Virus record (IMG/VR): IMGVR_UViG_3300027771_000011
Span: 1 to 64,000 of that record
Reading direction: 5' to 3' (one strand)
Source: a virus
Length of the DNA: 64,000 nucleotides
The translations under genes were made by a program, and so were the position numbers. A model generated the notes under the pieces. It searched no databases. It saw only the letters and a list, made by a program, of their open reading frames with translations, and was not told the origin of the DNA. Shown here one piece after another: positions 56,837 to 64,000 of this stretch. The first letter of the stretch is position 1, and each line of letters begins with the position of its first letter.

Positions 56837-57086
56837 AGAACACTCCATCATACCCTGTGGGTTTTACCTGCAACTGTATTTTTTTAAATTCTTTGCCAAG
56901 GATTTTCATTTGTGTCTCACCCTTAAACGTATCCTTAACTGCAAGATACTTAGGACTAACATCACCCCAGTTATCCCAGTGTGTAATATGCCAAGGCCAG
57001 TTTGATCCAGATTCCATCATCCAGCCCTTATTTTTTACTGGAAATTGACCCGTATTGTGAATGACGCGAAATGATTTATCGATCAT
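56823..57086 (-). CDS. Hypothetical protein, first gene of the leftward immunity transcript
   Basis: Strong TAGGAGGAA RBS before ATG 57086. Confidence 0.65.
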   Translation of the reverse strand: MIDKSFRVIHNTGQFPVKNKGWMMESGSNWPWHITHWDNWGDVSPKYLAVKDTFKGETQMKILGKEFKKIQLQVKPTGYDGVFYELT

Positions 57087-57110
57087 CTTTATTCCTCCTA
57101 TAATTAAATA

Positions 57111-57294
57111 TATCTGCGTGCTACGCATAATATCTGCGTGCTACGCATAACCTACATCAGAACGTGATTACGTTCAATCTTATTACGAAATTAATTCTGC
57201 TTTACTTTTTTCCTCCCTAGGTAGTTTCGTGTAATCGAAATTAATACTTGACATAACTCTGCGTGACTCTCAGAATACTTTCGCGCACACGAAC
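57111..57294. promoter_or_regulatory. Switch region: 20-bp tandem operator duplicate, further palindromes and pR
   Basis: TATCTGCGTGCTACGCATAA x2 (57111-57150); palindromes at 57160-57175, 57225-57240, 57257-57275 and 57279-57294; TTGACA (57248)-17-CAGAAT. Confidence 0.75.
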
Positions 57295-57314
57295 TTTAAT
57301 CTAGGAGTTACACT

Positions 57315-57536
57315 ATGAATAAAAATACACCCTTACGGAACATACGAACACTGAAAGGCTACAGCCTTCAGCATGTGTGCTCACATGTACATATGGATAA
57401 CGGGCATTTATCACGCATTGAGCGTGGAGAAAAAACTTCCACTGAAGTAGCTGAGAAACTTAGTGTCTTTTTTAAGAATGAAATATCTGAGATCGAGATT
57501 CTTTATCCAGAACGCTACATTACTAATGAAGAGTAG
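57315..57536 (+). CDS. cro: Cro-like XRE regulator
   Basis: TPLRNIR ... LSRIERGE ... AEKLSVFF ... ISEIEILYPERY, a lambdoid Cro-position family; CTAGGAG RBS. Confidence 0.8.
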   Translation: MNKNTPLRNIRTLKGYSLQHVCSHVHMDNGHLSRIERGEKTSTEVAEKLSVFFKNEISEIEILYPERYITNEE

Positions 57537-57543
57537 GGGATCC

Positions 57544-58260
57544 ATGATGATGACATTAAAACAATGGCGTCATGGGATTGTTAATTCAGATCTCCAAGCC
57601 AGCACTCGTCTTGTACTTCACACCCTATCGCATTACATGGACTCAGCAACTTGCGTTTGTAATATTTCCCGTTCCAAGTTAATAGAATCCACATCACTGT
57701 CTCGCACTAGCGTACTGGCACATCTTAATCTTGCAGAAAAAACAGGTTGGATAATTAGAACTAAACCAATAGTAGGATCATGGGGTGGAAACAATTACTC
57801 CGCAAAGATTCCTGACGAAACTTACGATGAGCCTGTTAAGGCAGTGGTTAAAGCAGAACCTGTACAAGTAGTTGAACATGTAATTGATCCTCCACATGGA
57901 TCTGTTATCTCAAAGCGTGTGTCTAACACTTGGAAGTGGGGGACGGCAGCTGATCTTAAAGTGGCTGAGTACATATACGGATGTCTCAAGAGGATCGACA
58001 ACCGAGCAAAGCAACCTAACATGGTCATGTGGGCTAACGATGTACGACTCATGCGAGTCCATGATGAACGAACCCCTCGTGAAATTTGTGAAGTATTTAA
58101 GTGGGCCAACGAAGATTCATTCTGGCAATCAAATATTTTAAGTCCATCAAAACTAAGAGAAAAATATACTGCTTTGCACACAAAAATGAATGCAGAAGCA
58201 CCGATTGCATCAGGTAGATTGCGCAAAACAAAAGGGAATATAACAGGAGTTGTTCTATGA
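57544..58260 (+). CDS. Replication initiator (N-terminal winged HTH, lambdoid O-like C-terminus)
   Basis: WANDVRLMR ... ICEVFKWANEDSFWQSNILSPSKLREKY. Start is probably one of the ATGs at 57544-57550. Confidence 0.85.
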   Translation: MMMTLKQWRHGIVNSDLQASTRLVLHTLSHYMDSATCVCNISRSKLIESTSLSRTSVLAHLNLAEKTGWIIRTKPIVGSWGGNNYSAKIPDETYDEPVKAVVKAEPVQVVEHVIDPPHGSVISKRVSNTWKWGTAADLKVAEYIYGCLKRIDNRAKQPNMVMWANDVRLMRVHDERTPREICEVFKWANEDSFWQSNILSPSKLREKYTALHTKMNAEAPIASGRLRKTKGNITGVVL

Positions 58261-60008
58261 GCACATATGCAGATCATGGAATTGACGTTCCAAATAATCA
58301 ATCGGGTGAAGTGAAAGCATTCTGCCCTAGCTGCCGCCACCTGCGAAGCAATAAGAATAAGCATCATAAACCTTTGAACGTGAACTTAGATAAGCAAACG
58401 TGGTACTGCCACAACTGTGGTGAAGCAGGTGGCCTAGGTGGTGATCAGAAGCCTGACTACATTGATCGTCCTAAAGTTTATGTGCCGCCTGTGCCGATAC
58501 CTAGATCTGATTTGCCAGATAAGGTTGTTGCATGGTTCAAGGAAGATCGAGGTATATCGGAAGCTGTACTCATAAGAAATAAGATAGCGTATGAAAATTC
58601 ATGGATGCCTCAGCTTAGTGCAGAGACAGGGACGATTCAGTTCCCATATTTCCGTGACGGTAAGCTGGTCAATATTAAATATCGTGACGGACGCAAGAAC
58701 TTCAAAATGAATAAAGGCTCTGAGCGAATACTGTACGGGCTTGATGATCTAGATAAATCCATCACGATTATAGTTGAAGGTGAGATGGACAAGCTATCCC
58801 TTGAGGAGGCTGGCTATCCAAACTGTATCTCTGTACCTGATGGGGCACCTTCTATTGAATCCAAATCATATTCATCTAAGTTTGATTTCTTGGGCGACCC
58901 TAGGTTAGACGATGTAAAGAGATTCGTCATTGCCGTTGACACTGATGCACCGGGAAAGAGGCTTGAAGATGAACTCAGTAGGCGTCTGGGTGTAGAGCGG
59001 TGTGCCCGAGTGATCTGGCCCGAGGACTGTAAGGATGCCAATGAAACTTTAAAGATGTACGGGGCACAGGAGATTACAAGATCTATAAAAGCGGCTCTTG
59101 ACTACCCTGTTGCGGGTATCTTTGAGGTATCAGATGTTGTTGACCAGCTCGATTATATATATGAGTCAGGTTATGAGTTAGGTATTAGCACAGGTTGGAA
59201 AGATGTTGATCAGTTTTACACAGTTCGTCAAGGCGAGTGGACTCTAGTGACAGGCATACCGTCACACGGAAAGTCTAATTTCCTAGACGCCATGTTAGTG
59301 AGGCTAGCCAAGCAGCATCAATGGAGATTTTGTATCTGCTCACCTGAAAATCAGCCTGTCGCTAGACATATGGCTGGCTTGCTCGAAAAGAAATCAGGCA
59401 AGTCTATTGTTAATGGGCATCCTTTACGCATGAGCAAGCAAGAATACACTGATGCAAAGTCTTGGGTTGATGATCATTTTTCCTTCGTAATGCCTGAACA
59501 TCCAACGCTAGCTGAGGTTCTTAGGCTAATGAGAGTTCAAGTGAAGAGGCGTGGCGTACAAGGCATTGTAATAGACCCGTGGAACGAGATCGAACACTCA
59601 AGGACTGAAGGCATGAGTGAGACTGAGTACATCTCACACGCGCTTACAGAGCTTCGTACATTCGCCAGAAACAATCGGGTTCACCTTTGGATTGTTGCTC
59701 ACCCAACCAAGCTCCAGAAGGATAAGAATGGTGAGTACCCGATACCAACACCATACGATGTTGCAGGTGCAGCTCATTGGCGAAACAAAGCAGACAACTC
59801 AATCACTGTATGGCGAGATATAGCTGACTCGAGTACGCGTGTAACTCAGGTTCATGTACAGAAGGTTCGCTTCAAAGAGATCGGTAAGGTCGGCATGGCA
59901 GAGCTTGCGTACAACCACATCACTGGAGATTACTCTCAGTTGGATGACGCCAACATTGAGATTCCCTCAGTGTATTCAAGTAACTCACCTGTACCAGCAA
60001 CATTTTAA
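58257..60008 (+). CDS. Primase-helicase (Zn finger + TOPRIM + DnaB-like; T7 gp4/Twinkle type)
   Basis: CPSC ... CHNC, IVEGEMD, VDTDAPG, KDANE, Walker A GIPSHGKS, VIDPW and VAHP motifs. Confidence 0.93.
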   Translation: MSTYADHGIDVPNNQSGEVKAFCPSCRHLRSNKNKHHKPLNVNLDKQTWYCHNCGEAGGLGGDQKPDYIDRPKVYVPPVPIPRSDLPDKVVAWFKEDRGISEAVLIRNKIAYENSWMPQLSAETGTIQFPYFRDGKLVNIKYRDGRKNFKMNKGSERILYGLDDLDKSITIIVEGEMDKLSLEEAGYPNCISVPDGAPSIESKSYSSKFDFLGDPRLDDVKRFVIAVDTDAPGKRLEDELSRRLGVERCARVIWPEDCKDANETLKMYGAQEITRSIKAALDYPVAGIFEVSDVVDQLDYIYESGYELGISTGWKDVDQFYTVRQGEWTLVTGIPSHGKSNFLDAMLVRLAKQHQWRFCICSPENQPVARHMAGLLEKKSGKSIVNGHPLRMSKQEYTDAKSWVDDHFSFVMPEHPTLAEVLRLMRVQVKRRGVQGIVIDPWNEIEHSRTEGMSETEYISHALTELRTFARNNRVHLWIVAHPTKLQKDKNGEYPIPTPYDVAGAAHWRNKADNSITVWRDIADSSTRVTQVHVQKVRFKEIGKVGMAELAYNHITGDYSQLDDANIEIPSVYSSNSPVPATF

Positions 60009-60256
60009 TGATGGAGATTTTCCGAATGAATAAAAAAGTTTATCTAGCAGAAGAAGTCCGTTCTGATAACAGGGAGTTGATGCCCGAGTTTACTAAGGCT
60101 TATGACTCGCTCACTGAAGCGTTTGGTCAGATCAAAGTTATCTATGCTCAAGAGAATGATCGAGTGGTTGGGGTTGAGCCAGATGAGTCTGAGTACGTTA
60201 GCATTTTTGTTGAACCTAAACCCATAGGTGATTCATGGGGGCGCATAAAAAGATGA
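60008..60256 (+). CDS. Hypothetical protein
   Basis: Coupled to the helicase stop; NRELMPEF ... FG motif. Confidence 0.6.
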   Translation: MMEIFRMNKKVYLAEEVRSDNRELMPEFTKAYDSLTEAFGQIKVIYAQENDRVVGVEPDESEYVSIFVEPKPIGDSWGRIKR

Positions 60257-60302
60257 GACCTAAAGCTAACAAACATCCCCATACAATTATCAAGAGGACA
60301 GT

Positions 60303-60476
60303 ATGAATAATCATTACACAAAGTGGGGGAAGAACTGGGAAGAACGTAACAAAGAATCCCGTAAAGCCTACCGAGCTAAGTGGTACAAGGATAACCAGAC
60401 ACGAATCCGTGAGCAGCAAAAAGAATACCGATTCAAAAGAGACCTTTCCGAAGTGATGGGAGAATCAGATGAGTAA
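60303..60476 (+). CDS. 57-aa basic helical protein (not in ORF track)
   Basis: Hand translation MNNHYTKWGKNWEERNKESRKAYRAKWYKDNQTRIREQQKEYR; GAGG RBS. Confidence 0.55.
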   Translation: MNNHYTKWGKNWEERNKESRKAYRAKWYKDNQTRIREQQKEYRFKRDLSEVMGESDE

Positions 60477-60876
60477 AATGTCCAGAGAGAAAGGTAAACG
60501 TGGTGAACGCGAAGTGGTTACCTTACTAAGGGATCTACTAGGAGATGGTTATGTGTTCAAACGAAACCTTCTCGATCAATGCCATGACGGGGGGATGGAC
60601 ATATTGGGCCTCCCTGATTGGGCGATTGAGGTAAAGAATTATAAAGAAGCTACACCATCTCTGATCCGAGGTTGGTGGGATCAGACTGTTGACGAAGCGA
60701 TCAAAGCATCACGCCACCCAGTGCTTTTTTGGAAGCAAGCTAGGCGACCTTGGATGGTTGTCGTGGCAGGTAGCCACCTGATCGGCCAACAGCAGACGAC
60801 ATGGGAGAACACATACGAATACACCATCACCATGAGTCCAGAAATGTTTTGCACGTTAGTCAGGGAAAAAATGTAA
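60469..60876 (+). CDS. Holliday junction resolvase-like PD-(D/E)XK nuclease
   Basis: SREKGKRGERE ... DI ... IEVK ... WWDQ motifs. Confidence 0.85.
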   Translation: MSKMSREKGKRGEREVVTLLRDLLGDGYVFKRNLLDQCHDGGMDILGLPDWAIEVKNYKEATPSLIRGWWDQTVDEAIKASRHPVLFWKQARRPWMVVVAGSHLIGQQQTTWENTYEYTITMSPEMFCTLVREKM

Positions 60877-61289
60877 TGAAGCGTGACTTTATCCTGCGTA
60901 CTAAATCAGTTGTCTCATCTGCCCTAGACTATATCAATGGGCTTGAACTCAATGAGGACAAACCTTTGTGGCAAATAACCATTCAACCTTTTAAGAAAGC
61001 TAGATCAAACAAACAGAACCGACTCTACTGGGATTGGATGACGCTTGTGGCTGCTGAAACAGGGTACACAAAACTTGAATCGCATGAAGCGTTCAGAGAT
61101 AAGTTCAAGGACGCATACGGATTGGAGACTACAGGATCTATAGGTGGACACGAATTCACCATTAGAGTTAGCACCAAAACATTAGAGCCAGCAGTGTTTG
61201 CTCAGTACATGTTGGACGTTGAGCGGTTCTGCATAGACACCCTTAATTTATATTTACCTCACCCAGAGGATCAACGACATGAGCGTTAA
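60876..61289 (+). CDS. ninB: NinB-like recombination protein
   Basis: RSNKQNRLYW ... STKTL ... F..Y motifs. Confidence 0.8.
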   Translation: MKRDFILRTKSVVSSALDYINGLELNEDKPLWQITIQPFKKARSNKQNRLYWDWMTLVAAETGYTKLESHEAFRDKFKDAYGLETTGSIGGHEFTIRVSTKTLEPAVFAQYMLDVERFCIDTLNLYLPHPEDQRHER

Positions 61290-61593
61290 ATCTAATGCAC
61301 TACGCCAATCAGCTAGAGATCAAGCCTGTACATTTCAGATCCCTAAGATCTGCAACCACAACAAAGAGACTACTGTACTGGCTCACATACAAACAGAGGG
61401 TGGAATAATGGGAGGCAAGGCTGATGATTTCTCTGCTGCATTCGCATGCTTCGCTTGTCATGTTCACTTAGACCAACACAGGATGACCTATGAAGATGAG
61501 TTGTTCTTTACTCGCAGGGCATTGGTAAGAACTATTTCTTATTGGGTTAATAATGGTTTGATCAAAGTTAAGGGGAACACGAATGACCGATAA
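61279..61593 (+). CDS. DUF1364 (YbcO-like) nuclease-fold protein
   Basis: SARDQACTFQIPKICNHNKETTVLAH ... K.DD ... AFACFACH. Confidence 0.88.
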   Translation: MSVKSNALRQSARDQACTFQIPKICNHNKETTVLAHIQTEGGIMGGKADDFSAAFACFACHVHLDQHRMTYEDELFFTRRALVRTISYWVNNGLIKVKGNTNDR

Positions 61594-62029
61594 AGAAGTC
61601 GATGCACTCTTGCATCATTGGGCTGAGTGGGTAGCTAGAGATAAGGATGCTGGTCTTGGCTTCCCCTCAAAAACTATACTGGGTCGATTATCTGATGGAG
61701 ATATTAGCTCAGCCAGTAGCTTTAAATCATCGACACCACCTCTAAAGAAGAGAGACTTTAGGGCAGAAGCTGTTAACAAATCTGTCATTAAGTTATCTAA
61801 GATTGATGACACCTTGAGTGAGGCTATCACGCTACATTACTGCCAGCAGGGTAGTGCTGAAAAGAAATGCAAGGTGCTTGGAGTCAGCAGAAGAAATTAC
61901 TTCACGATGCTTGACCGAGCAAGGACATGGCTGTCTGGATTCCTCACCGCCATTGCTGAAAAAACAATCAATCCAAGTATCAAGTACAGACTTGATGAAG
62001 ATCGTGGGGTAGGGCGTCCTATCACTTAG
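61583..62029 (+). CDS. Late-gene antiterminator Q-like protein
   Basis: LHHWAEW ... LGFP N-terminus and a C-terminal HTH (LGVSRRNYFTMLDRARTWL); last gene of the rightward early operon. Confidence 0.7.
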   Translation: MTDKEVDALLHHWAEWVARDKDAGLGFPSKTILGRLSDGDISSASSFKSSTPPLKKRDFRAEAVNKSVIKLSKIDDTLSEAITLHYCQQGSAEKKCKVLGVSRRNYFTMLDRARTWLSGFLTAIAEKTINPSIKYRLDEDRGVGRPIT

Positions 62030-62030
62030 G

Positions 62031-62252
62031 CTACGCAATCTCTACGAACTCTGAGTCTGTCTCTATCCAGACCTTAGCGCCACAGCTGAGAGGCTTATCA
62101 GGGCTATACACTAGACGGGATGGCCCATTGATAATAACCTCATGGGCATACCGGTTTTCCTTATACGTTTTAACAGTAATGACTGGATCATTATCACCTG
62201 TCTTCCCATTGGATTTAATGATGTGTTGATTGATATGTATCTTAGTCTTCAT
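62031..62252 (-). CDS. Conserved phage hypothetical protein
   Basis: IHINQHII ... PVITVK ... GPS ... YSPDKPLSCGAKVWIET motif family. Confidence 0.75.
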   Translation of the reverse strand: MKTKIHINQHIIKSNGKTGDNDPVITVKTYKENRYAHEVIINGPSRLVYSPDKPLSCGAKVWIETDSEFVEIA

Positions 62253-62512
62253 GGATTTACCTCTACTAATTTAAAAAATTTATCCGTACTTAAATCTACA
62301 TCAGCGAATGCAATCCTATAGCTTTCATGTCTATAATCTAAACCATCAGCCAGAAAGTAATCGTTATAACCTTTGGCGTAGGCATCTATACGATCTACTG
62401 CGTTTATGTCGTCACTATAAACAACTAGCATTGGTTCGCCATCCTGTAAATACATGTATGACTCCTTAGCAAGAGACCATACTAAGTGTTCATGAAATGT
62501 CATTACTTTCAT
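62249..62512 (-). CDS. Hypothetical protein
   Basis: ATGA-coupled on both sides; GGAGG RBS. Confidence 0.65.
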   Translation of the reverse strand: MKVMTFHEHLVWSLAKESYMYLQDGEPMLVVYSDDINAVDRIDAYAKGYNDYFLADGLDYRHESYRIAFADVDLSTDKFFKLVEVNP

Positions 62513-63498
62513 GCTGCTTCCTCCACGTTAAGTTCGTTAGCCATGAGAACCTGAAATCTAAAGTCGGTTATGGCATCCATTACGCTACCGCTATGATTAC
62601 TTATATAGTCTGTTATCTTCCTGTAAAGGTAATAAGGTATTGGCTTTCCTGCTATCTCATTAATGCGTGTCATTGCAGTAGTCATATAGCGTTCCTGAAG
62701 CTTGTCATTAACTGCTGTTGAGATCCTTAACTCAGATGACGCATTCTTTTTATAAGCAAGGGCTATGTCTTCAAACAGAAATATAAATCCTGACTCATTG
62801 TTATAGTAGGGGAAGTCGTTAGAGGGTTTGATCCACTTAGCTTTGAATACTTTTAAGCCATGTTGGTTGGTGCTTAATAGTTCTGCATACAAGATAATTT
62901 TAGTTTCGATCCTTATAATATTCGAGATGTCTTCTAGCTTTAGGAGTCCATCCATATGGATTAGCTGGCCGTTGAACCCTCCACATTCCAGCTCGAACTT
63001 AGACGAACCAACATTACTGCTAAGATCTTTCCATGCGTCCTTATGATCGTTCCTGCTACCAAAAGACATAGACCATTGTTCTTTTCTTATAGCTAACAAC
63101 TTTTGTCTTGGCGTAATAGAACCATCATATCTATCTTTGTTATAAGAAATTTTGTCGGCCCTTGATTTACGTTCTCTATGTATTCTAGAGCAATGATTTA
63201 CATGGGTGCTTAGAAAATCATGAAGTCCATTCTCGTCAAGGAAACTAAACATATTATGCTGAGCCGCTTGTTCAATGATTTCTTTAGACCAGCTACGCCC
63301 ACCCCGATAACTGAACTTTTCTTCAGATTTACGTTTAGTTATTAAGTTAGCTATACGTTTTAGTTCAGGGGTGAACAACTTGAAACCAGCACTCCTATTT
63401 ATAATGTATTCATTTATTCCAAGAGACAGGTCATTAATAATTTCCCGTCTTCTTGAGATCAATACACGATCTCTTTCTTCTCTTAGGTTCTTATCCAT
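62509..63498 (-). CDS. Hypothetical protein
   Basis: 329-aa ORF with CTAGGAGG RBS. Confidence 0.7.
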   Translation of the reverse strand: MDKNLREERDRVLISRRREIINDLSLGINEYIINRSAGFKLFTPELKRIANLITKRKSEEKFSYRGGRSWSKEIIEQAAQHNMFSFLDENGLHDFLSTHVNHCSRIHRERKSRADKISYNKDRYDGSITPRQKLLAIRKEQWSMSFGSRNDHKDAWKDLSSNVGSSKFELECGGFNGQLIHMDGLLKLEDISNIIRIETKIILYAELLSTNQHGLKVFKAKWIKPSNDFPYYNNESGFIFLFEDIALAYKKNASSELRISTAVNDKLQERYMTTAMTRINEIAGKPIPYYLYRKITDYISNHSGSVMDAITDFRFQVLMANELNVEEAA

Positions 63499-63507
63499 TA
63501 CATCCTC

Positions 63508-63999
63508 CTAGATGTTTATGTTAATCGTCTCACCCCAAGGGGCAACCTTCTCGTTGGTACACGCCCACAAGACAGGATAGTTAGGCTGTCTAGGCATATT
63601 GCAATAAAGATCAGTCAGATAAATTAAACAGGCTGGCTCAACACCTTCCTTCTGTACATGATCAGCTACCCAATCAAACGCTGGCTGGAAGTCTGTGCCA
63701 CCACCTCGAGGGAACTCCCACTTGAATGGAAGATCATCAGGTGTCTTAATGGACTGAACCTTTTGAACTTCCGTGTCACAGAACAAGATGTGAACACTGG
63801 TATTGAAGTTACTTAAGATGCTGTTGACCTCAGAACCAAGTCGAGTAGTCTCTTCAGGCGTAATTGATCCAGAGGTATCATTAACAATAATGATCTCACC
63901 TATCGTCTCGTTATGCAGGGAAGGGCAGTAGATGTCATCATGAATGAACCTACGATCAGGACGCCTCCAAGAGTATTCATCCTTAGCCCACTGAGTAAC
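63508..63999 (-). CDS. VWA-domain protein (DUF2201-like), 5' end outside the window
   Basis: The frame stays open to the window edge: YSWRRPDRR, MIDAS DTSGS, GGGTDF, YLTD. Confidence 0.85.
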   Translation of the reverse strand, partial: VTQWAKDEYSWRRPDRRFIHDDIYCPSLHNETIGEIIIVNDTSGSITPEETTRLGSEVNSILSNFNTSVHILFCDTEVQKVQSIKTPDDLPFKWEFPRGGGTDFQPAFDWVADHVQKEGVEPACLIYLTDLYCNMPRQPNYPVLWACTNEKVAPWGETININI

Positions 64000-64000
64000 G

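Noticed and set aside
57828-57885. Iterons inside the initiator gene (GARCMTGT-like triplet)
   Set aside because: Too degenerate, and explained by the EPV/EHV peptide repeat.
1479-60008. Inteins, introns or stop-codon reassignment in terL, helicase or other core genes
   Set aside because: Core genes are normal length and uninterrupted under the standard code; no splicing motifs seen.

Overview
The whole window is one temperate tailed dsDNA phage, apparently podovirus-like (no tape measure, tail tube or sheath gene recognisable; a block of internal/ejection proteins instead). The host is probably a marine gammaproteobacterium, inferred from the attP tRNA fragment, sigma70/IHF sites and a SutA-like gene. 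Layout: repeat-rich non-coding region and structured late leader (1-800); terS, terL, portal, scaffold, major capsid and adaptors (0.8-10 kb); a large modular tail-fibre/appendage cassette (10-24 kb); lysis genes; tail nozzle/tip; ejection proteins ending in a 4641-aa polyvalent protein (34.2-48.2 kb); small basic proteins; an intact attP (3' half of tRNA-Val-UAC with arm repeats and an IHF site, so the sequence looks non-integrated); int/xis and a leftward early operon (ssb, YqaJ exonuclease, ERF); cI/cro-like switch; initiator, primase-helicase, resolvase, NinB and Q-like genes; and a convergent module running off the right edge. The most novel-looking signals are (i) a late-leader RNA whose two loops display UCCUAG, complementary to the CUAGGAG ribosome-binding sites of several early genes, (ii) a three-copy covarying RNA internal-loop motif around the scaffold start, (iii) type-1-copper-like modules inserted in two virion proteins, (iv) a metallopeptidase domain nested inside another in the giant protein, and (v) an attP with an outward promoter and operators shared with the immunity region. 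All family assignments come from motif recognition by eye; no searches were run.
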